Source: Lingula anatina (Eukaryota; Animalia; Brachiopoda). Taken from it: a stretch of 64,000 nucleotides of DNA. The notes beneath the pieces are model-generated. The model was not told the DNA's origin. It did no database searches and worked only from the letters and a program-made list of their open reading frames with translations. The stretch is taken from positions 47,994,401-48,058,400 of the forward strand of contig CM120641.1 in the NCBI GenBank assembly GCA_051362555.1, in the 5' to 3' direction. This document shows, one piece after another, positions 51,970 through 64,000 of the stretch (the stretch's first letter is position 1; each line of letters opens with the position of its first letter). The position numbers and the translations under genes are program-made.

Positions 51970-53152
51970 GGATTTAAAGGGTATGTGATATTATCTTGTC
52001 TTGGACTGGGTTCCCATGCCTAGATCGATCCATCTGGATCGGTCTAACTCCCTAGAGAGTCTCACTAAAATGTCTGCACACCTATTGGATCGGCTAAGGG
52101 GTAAAGATAATTACCCTCTTACAGCTTTACTAGGCGTTACAGACATTTAAACCAGTTAAGTTAATAGCAATTTAGTTAGACTCCCTAGGGAGATAGATCA
52201 ATCCAAATATCGGTGGGAATGGTCCTTTAGTTAAACTTCCCTAGGAACATGATAATAATATAGTACTGTAGACAATCACTGTACACATGGTGTGACGAGG
52301 CACGATGGAAGTAGGCCACATATTTATGTACACAGCTTTACATAACTGACAGGTTACTGACCTTTTTGTAGTCAAATCCTAGAAGTCCTTTCACTTAAAA
52401 TTTTATGTTCTCCTTTAAATATTTCAATTGTTTATATCACAAACCAAACGTTTGTGTTCTATGGTTATACAGCTTGATAGTGTTTGTGTGCTTTTTCTTA
52501 CTCATACAGACAAGATAATTTACCAAAAAGATAAAAACAGATACTGTATGTATTCAAGATTACAGAGGCATGGAAGAGATGCTGGTACTAGTACAGACTG
52601 GTTTGAGGGTTATTCAATAACATAATGGTTATACATTCAACTTTTTTTGGTCATGTAGGTACTTTGCATAACTTAGGAATATAAAAAATCCAACTTTACA
52701 TCTTTTACTGGACAATTTTTAACTGTCAGGAGATAATCACTAAGCAATTTTATTCTACTTTTTTCCTTTTTTCTTTTTTTTTTGGGGGGGGGGGGCAAAC
52801 AAAACAATATCCTTCAGTGGTCATCTCAAAGGGTTTACTACAACATTCAACAGAATAAAAAACAAGGAAAACCTAAAAATCTAATCATAATTTAAAACTA
52901 TCATAGGCAGATTTTAACATCATATTTTCTGAGCCTTTGATCCATACACATAAAGTTCATTTCATATCTCTTCCATCTCAGAATTGTTCATTAATAATAA
53001 CTGAGATAATAACAGTGAATCATATTCAGGTAATGAGTATACAGTGGTTTCCGTTCTAATCATCCAAATGTTCCCCTTGAGGGAAGTAAGGTCTGGTTGT
53101 CATGAGGCATTTAATATCCACTGAACAGCCATGGAAAGCACAATACAGACAA

Positions 53153-53187
<35 letters not shown>

Positions 53188-53999
53188 AACACACAACAGT
53201 ATGGGTAGGAAAAAGTCAGTCCACAGTATAAGGGCAGAAGAGAGATGTGGAAAAAAGGTATTAGTGTAGCATACACGGATATCTTTTAGACCATATCCTT
53301 GTTTGATCTCACTATTTATGTTACACATTCAGTACGTACAAATTATCCCCACCAATCACCCCCCCCCCCCCAAATTAAGATCCTGAAGGAAATATTCCAA
53401 CATGACCCCATTACTTGTATAGACATCTGGTTTCATACTTGTCCATGGCTTAATAATGACACCCTAGAGGTGCTGACCTGAATCATGTCCTGTACTAATT
53501 AAGTAACCATAATGGGGTAAATTGGGGTGAGGCTATAAAATTACCCCCCCCCCCCCCCCCAACGAGCTGCATATATATATATATATATATATACATACGA
53601 AAGAAAAAAATCATAATAATTTTATTTACGTCTCACATTTGAAAAATAAAACCCAACCTACTAAGGGTCATCAGAGATGTAAAGTATGTGAATCATGTCT
53701 TATGTACAAACATGTCAACATTTTTAACATTTAAGACAAAGGCACTCAGATCTGACTACAGAAAAACATGGACTAGGCTAGAACCTAAAATATCACTGAA
53801 CAACCTTGCCCTTCACTCGTAACATTCCTACATACCTTAAATAATATTTTGACTTGAATGTCCAATTTCTAACCAAATACATGAGACCATATAAGATATT
53901 CCAACATACTAGTAACTGAAATGGCAGCATATCACATTCTACTAATAGTAATATATCAACAATAACGTCAGTTACAACTACAACACAGAGGAACTTGTT

Positions 54000-55150
54000 T
54001 TGACAAAAATTATGACTCGTTTGATAACACTTACTCACCCTTCTCTCAACTTTAGCGTTTAATCGGTGAGAAACAAGCACCTGTGTCACACGTGAAAACG
54101 TTTTCAATTCTCTAGTAAAATAATTTCAAAACAATAAAATCCCAAGTGTAAACACTTCTCCGCGTTTGTTACAAGAAAATCAATTATCCTTTCCCCATGG
54201 TCACTATTGTTAGGATGGTCTTCATTTCCGCAACATGGTTAGAGAAATGACGCAAACAGCAGCAGATCTCGCATGACACTCCTGACAAAGTGCCACTTAC
54301 AAATGACACTCCTCGACTTCACGAGCTACACGCGGCTCCGAACCACTCAGCTTCTTCGGCAAGCCTTCTTTGCCTAGTCTACCTTTGGCTACTTCATTGA
54401 GTCAAAACAGCTCTACCAATTGACATTACAAGCTGCTGACATTTTAGTGACGTAAATAACTTATTTAAAGCCACATTTAAAAGAAATCCATCTGTCGTCC
54501 GCACGTCTTTAAACTCAGCAGCCTGTTGCTTACCCTTTGACACGAGGATCTAATTTGAAGGATAGTTTCGAAGACTTTTATCTTGTTCAGACACTGAAAT
54601 AAATAATAAATAACTTTAAATGTAAGAATTTAATTTTTTTACATTTTACTTGCTTCAATCATTTCGTTTCAAACATTTATTTTAATATAATGCATTATTC
54701 GTAACTACGGCGACATCTATCGACAAGATAATTTACCGGCAGGACATGTGCACTGATACGTTCATCGACAGCAATCGTTGCGTGGACTTCCAAATTTGAC
54801 GTGTAGCACACGAGGACTAAGAAATGCCGTATTTGAGTATGGCTGATTAAGCTTGCTGTAAATTAAGGTCCTTACGAATACAACTTAGTAGGTGTGCTCC
54901 TGGTAGGATACCTAACCGGACATTTAGGAGTTGTGTAACTCGTGATGTAAGTTAAACGTTCACGGCAACCACGACATCGTTCTTCATAGCTGCTGTTACA
55001 GACTGACTACGCCATACTTTTAACTCGTTCCAGTTCCTTCATTGACGTATTTTTTAGAAGAGGTATTACTACAAGTCTTTAATAGGATAAAATTATTTAG
55101 TCATACTCTTTGACCTTGTGTCATAATATAAATGCCGGCCGGGTAAATGA
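54000..55150. promoter_or_regulatory. Candidate bidirectional promoter and non-coding first exons for IP3K (-) and COQ8 (+)
   Basis: Locally CpG-rich, between divergent genes whose first coding exons both have acceptors. Outward-facing donors: minus GTGAGT/GTAAGT at 54038/54034 and plus GTAAGT at 54947. CRE-like TGACGTAA and TGACGCAA. Confidence 0.5.
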
Positions 55151-55416
55151 CATTGGCATATTCATATGTAAACTGAAATTAATACGGATCTACATTAATG
55201 GAGAGATCGTTTTTCTATCACAGTTTTATGTATTTATTGCTGTGTCAGCGCAGTCAAAACAATCTAATACTATTAGTAGTTACAAGTAGTACATTTTAGA
55301 GAACAAAATGTACATGTACAATATGCAGTAGACTCCAAATTTGTCATTAATTTTCATTATTTTATAATGAATTATTAAGGTGATCAGTGCCTCTGCTATT
55401 CTGTTAAATTTGTTTG

Positions 55417-55473
55417 TATAATATAATATAATATAATATAATATAATATAATATAATATAATATAATATAATA
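55417..55473. repeat. (TATAA)n microsatellite
   Basis: Directly visible. Confidence 0.97.
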
Positions 55474-55592
55474 CTTGTCACATTTTGAGATTTTGAGTGC
55501 TGGATACTACTGTAAAGATCTAGTCAGTCTAGCTGGTGCATGCTTACCTGTGGTTACCTGTACAAATTAATGTCCATTTATGTTAATCTTAA

Positions 55593-56265
55593 AGTCATAA
55601 TAACTCTTCATTTTGGCCAAAAATTGGATTTTCCTAGAGTAAACGGCAATTTTCCCGTACTTACCAATGGTCAACGACCCCATTCCTGCATTCAAAGTTA
55701 GTCTAGGGTTTTTTCCTAAACGATTGGTTTTTTGTTAAAATCTCTTAAGAGATTTTAACTGACGGGGCCCTCTCTGACATTGCATAGTCGCGCGATATCG
55801 AGCGGGGTTTTCTGGTGACCTACATAAAACCGCGGGAAAAGCAGACAACAACAACACTTTATTACAATCAAATAAGATTCATACAATATAGTTGTCTTAT
55901 TGCTTAAAATGCATTTATATCTACAATGTGTGCAGTTCTGGGCCTTTTGTTATCCGACGCACTGTACAAAAACTCGCAACTTTCGTCTGAGGATTGCATC
56001 ATGTGCCTGCTATATCTTATCCCGCCAAATGTTATTTGGTCTCGAATGAACGCGAGAATCTGCGTGACACGCCAAAGTCATTGGCAACGGATGCCTTGAC
56101 CACCGGGAAGAAAGGCACCGAAAACCCTATTGACAAGCACAGTTTTTAGTTTTACTACAATAACAGCCGTTTTAGTGGTGAAATGCCATATAATATATTT
56201 CCATGCGTTGTTTAGAATGTATTTCTTGCGGAATTTTGAATCTCAAAGGAAGAGTTATCATTGCT
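55593..56265 (+). mobile_element. Kolobok-like non-autonomous element, about 670 bp, copy A
   Basis: TTAA|AGTCATAATAACTCTTC...GAAGAGTTATCATTGCT|TTAA. The left end is homologous to the 335-bp family. Confidence 0.88.
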
Positions 56266-56269
56266 TTAA

Positions 56270-56900
56270 AGCAATAATAACTCTTCCTTTGAGATTCAAA
56301 ATTCCGCATGAAATACATTGTAAACAACGCATGGAAATATATTCTATTGTATTTTACCACTAAAACGGCCGTTATTGTAGTAAAACTAAAATCTGTGCTT
56401 GTCAATAGGGCTTACGATGCTTTTTTTCCCGGTCATCAAGGCATTCGTTGCTAATGACGTAATGGTGTCACGCGGATTCTCGCGTTCATTCGAGACCAAA
56501 ATAACATATGGCGGCAAACGCATTAATGCAGACGCAGACCTAAGTTGCGAGTTTTTGTACAGTGCGTCGAATAACGAAAAGCCCAGAATGGCACACATTG
56601 TGGATATTAATGTATTTTTAACAAAAAGACGAATATATCTCATGAATCTTTTATAGTGTTGTTGTTGTCTGCTTTTCCCGCGGTTTTAAGTAGGTCAACA
56701 GTGACTATGCGATGTCAGAGAGAGCTCCGTCAGTTAAAATCTCTTAAGAGATTTTAACAAAAAACCGTACGTTTAGGAAAAAAACCCTGGATTAACTTTG
56801 AATGCAGGAATGGGGTCGCTGACCATTGGTAAGTACGGGAAAATTGCCGTTTACTCCAGGAAAATCCAATTTTTGGCCAAAATGAAGAGTTATTATGACT
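56270..56900 (-). mobile_element. Kolobok-like non-autonomous element, about 630 bp, copy B, inverted and sharing the central TTAA
   Basis: TTAA|AGCAATAATAACTCTTC...GAAGAGTTATTATGACT|TTAA. Confidence 0.88.
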
Positions 56901-58790
56901 TTAAGTAAGTGTGGTGAGGACTAAGGCCTCTAAGGTGTTCTTTTCTATAATCAGCTATATGTTGATTTTGATTAGTGCCTCTTGTAGTGAATCTGTACAT
57001 ATTAAATTGTCTTGAAAATCACTAAATTTAAGCAAACTTAAATTAAGCTTCGGATTGAAGTAGGACTTAACATTTTAAAATTACTTTACCAAATTATGAT
57101 CTAAAAGATTCCGATATTTCAACTGTCAGGCTTTACTGTAGAATCAAGTGTAAGAAAAAGATCACTGAGAATTCTAACGTGTGATCCAGCCATAGTAAGG
57201 TCACTTTGCTTCATCTTCCTGGTAATTATCACTTGAAACTTGATCTATCCTGTCTTTATATTTAATTGTTATTGGCCATGCCAACGAGGTGTGAAATATC
57301 TGATGCCATCATCATTTTTTGTGCGTAGTTCTTTTCTTTTAAGGTTCATTTGAACCAAGGATGAAGCATGGATTCTTAGTAACATATATAAACCACTTCT
57401 ACCAGGTTCTCATACACCTAAAATAAAATTTGCATGCCAATGGATAAACTAAATTAGTCATTCAAAAAGCCAAAAAAGAGCTTTAAAAGGCACCTTCTTC
57501 AAATTTTTGGTCATAAATTTAACCAACTAGTAACTATCTAACCTATTTATCAGCCTGTTAATATACAGCATAGAAAGCAAGCAAAAAAAATCCATTCAAA
57601 CATCATTTTTAAGGTAATATTAAATAGCATTCTTTGGTATTTCTCCAAGTTTTACCATTTGAAACTGTATGGCAGCATTTGGTAGGCTTTCGTAGCAAAA
57701 TTTTGACTTCAGATGCCTCTTTAATCCCTATTGAGCTGGGTGATGAACTTATTTCTAAAATATCTATTATAAAATTGGGTTTAAAAAAATGAGCTTATTT
57801 TTAAACCCAATTTTATGATGTTCATGTGAAATGTATGATAGGTTTATTTATCTGTATCAAAAACTAAAAAATGACTATTTCCTTCTTACGTCTTTCCTTG
57901 CAACGTCCAGTGAAAGTGAAACCTTAATTTATCCCTGAGAACTTCATATCCTAGTATATTTTCTAATAAGAAGAAACAAAAACTTTTGGCCATGCCACTT
58001 TTTCATTACCTTAGTCCATGATGTTGAAATGTGATATTTTTCACAACAAATGAAGTTTCATCTTGTAGTTCTTAAAGCTGTTTGGTCTCCTCTGCCTTGC
58101 TTGGTCACTTTAAAGAAAGTATGTGAGATGTACTTGTGAAAATCTCTGCAAGAGTCGACTGCAGACCTCTGCTGTTTGGTTCAAATGTCTCCACCAGCCA
58201 ATAAGATTACAGTGTTCCTCTATACCTCAAAGACAGTCTGATATGGCCCTTTACGGTTTATTCCTGGACCACCATTTCTTGTCCAGAGCATTCCAACTAA
58301 TGATAATCAAGAGATATTTGTTCTTTTCTTATAATTCACATAGCAAGCATTACTTGTGCAGAATAATTACTGTTATTGGAAAATTGTATATCATTCTGTT
58401 GAATGTCAAAATACTGATGTCACCAAGGTAAACATCTGCTGTCCAAGGTGACAATTGACGTCAGGTAGTTATTATAGTCAGGGTTGTGGCGTCAGTGGTT
58501 ATTGTAGCAGTAGTACATTTGTGTGCGGTGCAACCTGGCTGGTGCTAAAAATAAGAAACAATTTTGTTAAGTGTTCTTTTTTGGTTACACAAGCCATGAT
58601 GGAGGTGTGTCACATTGTCAGTGACATGTGACGGTCAAATAGTCCAATGTTTTACACAAAATGAACATCAAGTTCAAATCGATTATCTAAAGTGCTCCCT
58701 GGTTGAATGATTTATCAAGTTATCGCACAGTTTGTGAGCACCATTCCCAGGTATAACTGTACTTTATCTTGGCTGAATCTGTGGATTTTG

Positions 58791-58839
<49 letters not shown>

Positions 58840-59106
58840 TATATTACCTGCTAGCTGTAGATGATAATTAAATTTGGGAAATTTGACATCACTCTTGCAT
58901 TAAACAGACATAAGACCAAGTAGTTTCACTTTTGATATCACTTTACAATACTTCAGTAAAAAAAATCATTCAAAATGAAAGTTCCATCTTCTATTTATCA
59001 ACGTAGCAAAACTGTTACTTCTCTGACAAATTCTGTTTATATACACATGTGAAATTATTTACAAATAAGTTATGCTTATGTGTTTATTTCCCCAGTTAAG
59101 AAGACA

Positions 59107-59298
59107 ATGTCAAGATTTAACGACATTATCGCTGTACTCCGGGGACTAGAGAGCGTCACCAGGGCCCTGGCGCTACGACAAGAGGCCCAGTTTAGAGTTT
59201 TCTGGAGTAACTCTTCTCTCAGGAAAACTGGTCAGGGGGTCAATGACCAGCTTGGTGCAATGGTCACCAATGCTGCTGACCAACAGGCTGTTTTTCAG
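59107..59298 (+). CDS. COQ8A: COQ8/ADCK3-like atypical kinase, first coding exon
   Basis: Acceptor at 59094-59095, ATG 59107, donor CAG|GTAAAT, phase 0. Confidence 0.8.
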
Positions 59299-59611
59299 GT
59301 AAATGTGCTGAAAGGAGAAAAATTTGGAAAGACATCTTTATAAGGATGGGTATAACACAGAAGAAAATGCCTATAAATATTTGTTAATGGTGCAGGAGAC
59401 GTTATTCACTGTATTTGTATTTTCATTATTTTTTATGAAAAAAATTCATAATTCATTTTTATTGTGAAATGTTTTAACGGATATAAACACAAAAAATTAA
59501 GTTCTGCAGTAGTGTCAGAAATGTTTTTTACATTTCAGTTAACTCAGTTTTGGTAGTTCTGGTAGTATTTTAATCAGAGTAGGCATTTAATGTACCATAA
59601 TTTATTTTCAG

Positions 59612-60184
59612 AAGAATATTCAAGAAACTTTGGAAGGAATTAAAGATACAGCTTCTATAATAGGGTCAAAATTAGGAAAGAAAGAAGAAACAAGTAATGA
59701 TGATTTTGAGGCATTTTCAGAAAACATTGGTTCACTGACTGATGAAAGTGTGATATCAGAACTCTTGGATAAAACACCCAAATTCGCAGACGATTATGTA
59801 ACTTTTACGGGATTGGACCAGAAAAATAGCAATAGCCAATCAGATGCTGCATTTCATTATGATTCCACAGTGCCAAAATTTACAGCTGAGAGTCTAACAA
59901 AAATGGAAAAGGAACATTTACACCAAAAGAAGGAAAAGCATTCAGCAGTTGTTGAGGAAGCAAATCAAAATCTTTCATCTGTGGAGGAAGCAAAGGCACC
60001 TGTTTCATCTTCATCATCAAAACCAACCAAATCATATGATTCGATGGAAAAACTTTCACAATCGAAGTCAGAAAAAGCAAATAAAACTGAATCTTTCATT
60101 TCCCAACAGTCAACTGCCACTGCATTTGAAAATGTTTTAAAAGAAACAAAAAGCTCTAAGAAGAGTTCAAAATACCAACAGAAG
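59612..60184 (+). CDS. COQ8A: COQ8 exon 2 (Ser/Lys/Glu-rich low-complexity N-terminal region)
   Basis: 573-nt open exon, AG/GT boundaries, phase 0/0, leading into the conserved LSERARERKVP. Confidence 0.85.
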
Positions 60185-60291
60185 GTGGGTGTATTTTTAT
60201 TTTAGTTTCCTTTACTTATGTGATGATAAAGGGATAGAGATATGTTTTTGAGTGAGGAAATGCACAATATTACTTTGAATGTCTACTTTAA

Positions 60292-60629
60292 AGGGATAAT
60301 AACTCTTCGTTTCGGCCAAAAAATAAATTTTCCTGGATTAGACAACAATTTTCCCATACTTACCAATGGTTAATGAATCCATTTTTACATTCAAAGTTAG
60401 TCCCTGTTTTTTTTTCTAAAAAGCTTGGTTTTTTGTTAAAATCTCTTAAGAGATTTTAACAGAGTATAGCCATCAATGGAGGTCACGTAGTCTAAAGACA
60501 AGCTCAGATATCAGAATAATAGCTATAACTGCCGTTTTTGTGGTAAAACAGAATATATTATATTTCTATGAGTTATTCACAATGTTTTAATTGTGAAATA
60601 TAGATCTCATACGAAGAGTTATTATCCCT
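60292..60629 (+). mobile_element. Kolobok-like MITE in COQ8 intron 2
   Basis: Perfect TIR AGGGATAATAACTCTTCGT with TTAA on both sides. Confidence 0.9.
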
Positions 60630-60720
60630 TTAAAATTTGAATAATGCAGAGTCTGCTAGTCCTAATGATAGAAATGATTGATATAATTGAACTATGCAGT
60701 TATATATTGTAGCTTTGATA

Positions 60721-60799
60721 TATAATATAATATAATATAATATAATATAATATAATATAATATAATATAATATAATATAATATAATATAATATAATATA
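60721..60799. repeat. (TATAA)n microsatellite
   Basis: Directly visible. Confidence 0.97.
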
Positions 60800-60927
60800 T
60801 CCTAGCAGCCTAAATTTTAAGACTTCCTGTTGTATGGTGATATAAGTTAACAGTGATTGTCTTCTGTTGAGTTTCTTTTATGAGCTTAAAAAGGCCTCCC
60901 ACCTTGAAAAGTTAATTTTTGTTTCAG

Positions 60928-60994
60928 TTAAGTGAGCGAGCTAGAGAGAGGAAAGTGCCTTCGTCTCGTGTGGGAAGAGTAATGAACTATGGAG
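60928..60994 (+). CDS. COQ8A: COQ8 exon 3 (LSERARERKVPSSRVGRVMNYG)
   Basis: Conserved COQ8 ERKVP motif. 67 nt, AG/GT boundaries. Confidence 0.93.
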
Positions 60995-61577
60995 GTAATG
61001 TCAAGATATAAATTATGTCCAGTGGTGATGTTCAAAAGGCATGGATATTAAATCTAATACTGGGCTCTCACAGAGATCTGAAGGTCTTTTAGGGATCATT
61101 CCCACAGATATTTGGATCGATCTATCTCTATCTCTATCTGATCTATCATGCCTAGTAAAGCTGTTAGGGAGTAATTATCTTTATCCCTAGCTGATTCGGT
61201 AAGCGCCACAGACAATTAAGCCAGTTAGTTGACAGCAATTTAGTGTCCAGTATTACATTTAATATTTTTTGCCATATGGAGGTTATGTATGCTCAAGAGT
61301 AAAACTTCTGGTTTTAATGTGTTTTATGATGGTTTTTAGTGGTATGCCCAGAATACATGGATGCGTGCACCACATACACTGCGTGCATGTACTATGTGTG
61401 AGTTTCATATCTCCAATCATGTCTCTACATTTTCCCAGACATGTTTCTAACAGAGAATTTGTTTTGGATTTTGTCTATAAATAGGTGTCTGTTACATATG
61501 GGATATGCCAATTAACGCCCTTGTCTTATGTAAGTTACTGTTACAGTAGTGTTAAGACTTAAATCTATGTCTTTCAG

Positions 61578-61655
61578 GTCTTGCAGCAGGACTAGGCATG
61601 GGGGCACTAGCAGAAGTTACAAAAAGATTTGTCGCTGGAAAGGATGATAAAAAGA
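61578..61655 (+). CDS. COQ8A: COQ8 exon 4 (transmembrane GLAAGLGMGALAEV)
   Basis: Gly-zipper transmembrane helix typical of COQ8. 78 nt, phase 1/1. Confidence 0.93.
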
Positions 61656-62432
61656 GTAAGTTGAAGTCTGCGTGAAGCATTATGGAATGTTGTCCAGATA
61701 ATTGTACCTCAAAATTTGTCTGACATAAAGATAGTTAGCTGGTCAAAATTTAATAACACAAACAGAAACAAAGCCACTGTACTTAAGGACTATATGCTGA
61801 CATCACTCATGTATGTGGTATATAATTATATTGACCTGGTTTTAACTTTCTGCCAGACACAGCATTTGTGGAGGCTTCCTTGCGTGATACTGATGTGAAA
61901 TAATTAACTTTGTTATGCTGGAGTAACTATGATTCAGAAGTTCATTGTTTCACATATCACATATTTCTAAATAACTATTGATTGACATCATTCCAGGTTT
62001 CTATTTTATAATTTTTACCTGCCATCTTTAAAGTGGACAATAGCTATGTTTTTCTGTAATATCTGTCACATTAGTGATGTAAATGGCCACACTTCATCCA
62101 AATGGTTTATTATATTATTTAAATTAATTAAATTTTACACTGTCATTTATGAGCTTTGGATTATACTCACACTATGTCACTTTCAATCTCTGTGACACAA
62201 TATTGTTGACAACATGACTGAGGAACCAGGTGACCTTGGCACACTGAAGACTCTTTTGGACGAATGTGTTGATTGGTTCACCTTGCCCTACTTTCCAAGG
62301 TCACGGAAATACTTCTCTCTGGCAGAAACTCATGGAAGCTCTGCTTTGAACTTGTTTTCATTGATACAAATGGTAACAGTACAATCAAATATAGTGGAAA
62401 AAAAATCCCGGAATTGCTTCTACTTTTTGCAG

Positions 62433-62653
62433 AACTCGAGGCATCTGCAATACTTGACTCCACGTCCAATCCTTTCTTGAGTGAGGCGAACGCTGAGCGG
62501 ATTGTGAACAAACTGTGCCAGGTGAGAGGGGCCGCACTGAAGCTGGGACAGATGCTTAGTATACTGGATAACACCATGATCAACCCAGAACTGGCCAAGA
62601 TATTTGATAGAGTGAGACAGAGTGCCGATTTCATGCCAGCTTGGCAGATGGAG
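62433..62653 (+). CDS. COQ8A: COQ8 exon 5 ([12 protein letters not shown]...[12 protein letters not shown]...[10 protein letters not shown])
   Basis: UbiB-family KxGQ motif. 221 nt, phase 1 in, phase 0 out. Confidence 0.97.
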
Positions 62654-63209
62654 GTATTTGTTTTTAATTGTTTGATAGTTTGCTTCTGGAAATAAATCAA
62701 ATATGAGCTTTTTTTTTTGCTGAAATGCCGAATTCTACTTTTTTTAAATTCAATTCTGATGGTTCCTGAGATTCATGGCCGATTAGGTATTGGGTCCCAT
62801 GATAAATGTTCAGAAGTTTTTTATTTTTTATCTTTTTTTAAACCTAGGCTCATGTTTGATATATATGAAAATTGCTTTTAAGGGACCATATGTGTAATGT
62901 TGTTGAGAGCAGTTCACAGTTTAGTACATTGTATGCAGTTACAAATGGTAACATTTTTATGTGGAGATAAGTTAAATGCAGAAAATGAAGAATTGATGGT
63001 GTGAACTATGAAAATATTGTACAAAATATGGGACATTACATATATTATTTGAATAGCTTATTTGTGAGATAATAAACTGTCCTTGGAGTGATATATACCA
63101 GAACACCTCAAGCCTCAAGTGCTTGCATTTCACTGAAAAACACCACTATATATATATATATATGTATGTATGCACTGAATAGAGGAAAAAATGTTGTTTG
63201 TTGTTCCAG

Positions 63210-63350
63210 AAAGTGATGAAGAAGGAGCTAGGCAGTGATTGGAGGGACAAGTTGGCCGAGTTTGACCCCAAACCATTTGCTGCTGCATCTATAGGTCAAG
63301 TACACAGAGGGAGGCTTCATGATGGAAGAGAAGTGGCCATTAAGATACAG
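63210..63350 (+). CDS. COQ8A: COQ8 exon 6 ([11 protein letters not shown]...VAIKIQ)
   Basis: Ala-rich AAAS loop and catalytic VAxK. 141 nt. Confidence 0.97.
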
Positions 63351-63660
63351 GTAAGAGACCTTTTCAGGGCCACATTTTGGTTACCCTTCACTGTGTTAAA
63401 TATTATATAGATATGATGCTTCTAGTATGTGTTTAATGGAGTGCTTCCTCTAGTGCCAGCTCAGTGCCATTGATAATGGCAACAGTTTTTGGTTGGCAGT
63501 GTATCGCATGGATGATCAAATTTACCTAGATTTTAATTGAAGAGATTTTAACTAGACAATTAAATGTTTTAGTTATTAAAATAGTTTTAAGTTGAGCAAA
63601 ACATGAAAGACGTATCAACTTTGACTATAACAGTCTCCCAGAACTTGTTTTACTTTTCAG

Positions 63661-63742
63661 TACCCAGGGGTTGGTAAAAGCATTAACAGTGACATTGACA
63701 ACTTGATGTTTGTCTTAAACTTTTGGAAGATTCTACCTAAAG
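63661..63742 (+). CDS. COQ8A: COQ8 exon 7 ([27 protein letters not shown]); gene continues beyond the window
   Basis: QYPGV...SD motif completed across the splice. 82 nt, AG/GT boundaries. Confidence 0.95.
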
Positions 63743-64000
63743 GTATGGCTATGTAATGTAGCAAATAAAAGTCAAGTGTTTCAATACATAATGAGTTTAA
63801 GAGACCCTGCTGATAAAAAACGGGTCAGTAAAAAGTCAGCATGTGACTGTGTGCTTCAAAGAGGGCTTCTTGTATCAAAGTATGTCAAGGACTAATGCCA
63901 ACCCCATCCAAATGATTCAAGAGTTAAACTGGAAAAGGAAAAATAAGATGCAAATAAAGAATAATATTTGCTGTCAGTTGAACAAAAAGTGAAATATTAA

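Noticed and set aside
56130-56656. Paired similar ORFs on opposite strands
   Set aside because: By-product of the inverted transposon doublet, with no transposase motifs.
62278-62700. 140-aa minus-strand ORF
   Set aside because: Antisense shadow of COQ8 exon 5.

Overview
AT-rich, intron-rich animal genomic DNA. It is probably invertebrate, and a lophotrochozoan origin is only my inference from gene and repeat style. Three spliced genes can be reconstructed by hand with consistent splice phases. (1) An uncharacterised minus-strand gene, exons about 15161->1, running off the left edge. (2) A minus-strand inositol-1,4,5-trisphosphate 3-kinase (ITPKB/IP3K2-like) with 7 shared exons (24388->18261) and two alternative N-terminal exons giving about 420 aa and about 837 aa isoforms. 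One of its introns (21665-22012) has the full U12 minor-spliceosome signature. (3) The 5' part of a plus-strand COQ8/ADCK3 atypical kinase (59107->63742+), head-to-head with the IP3K. Introns are full of non-autonomous DNA transposons with readable TIRs and TSDs of 3, 4 (TTAA), 5, 6/8, 8 and 9 bp. They include one nested insertion and a tail-to-tail doublet forming a 1.3-kb palindrome. There are also minisatellites and a degenerate inverted pair of minimal hammerhead-like motifs. No prokaryotic-type system (CRISPR, operon, rRNA/tRNA) is supported. All coordinates were counted by eye, and superfamily labels rest on TSD/terminus rules, not database searches.
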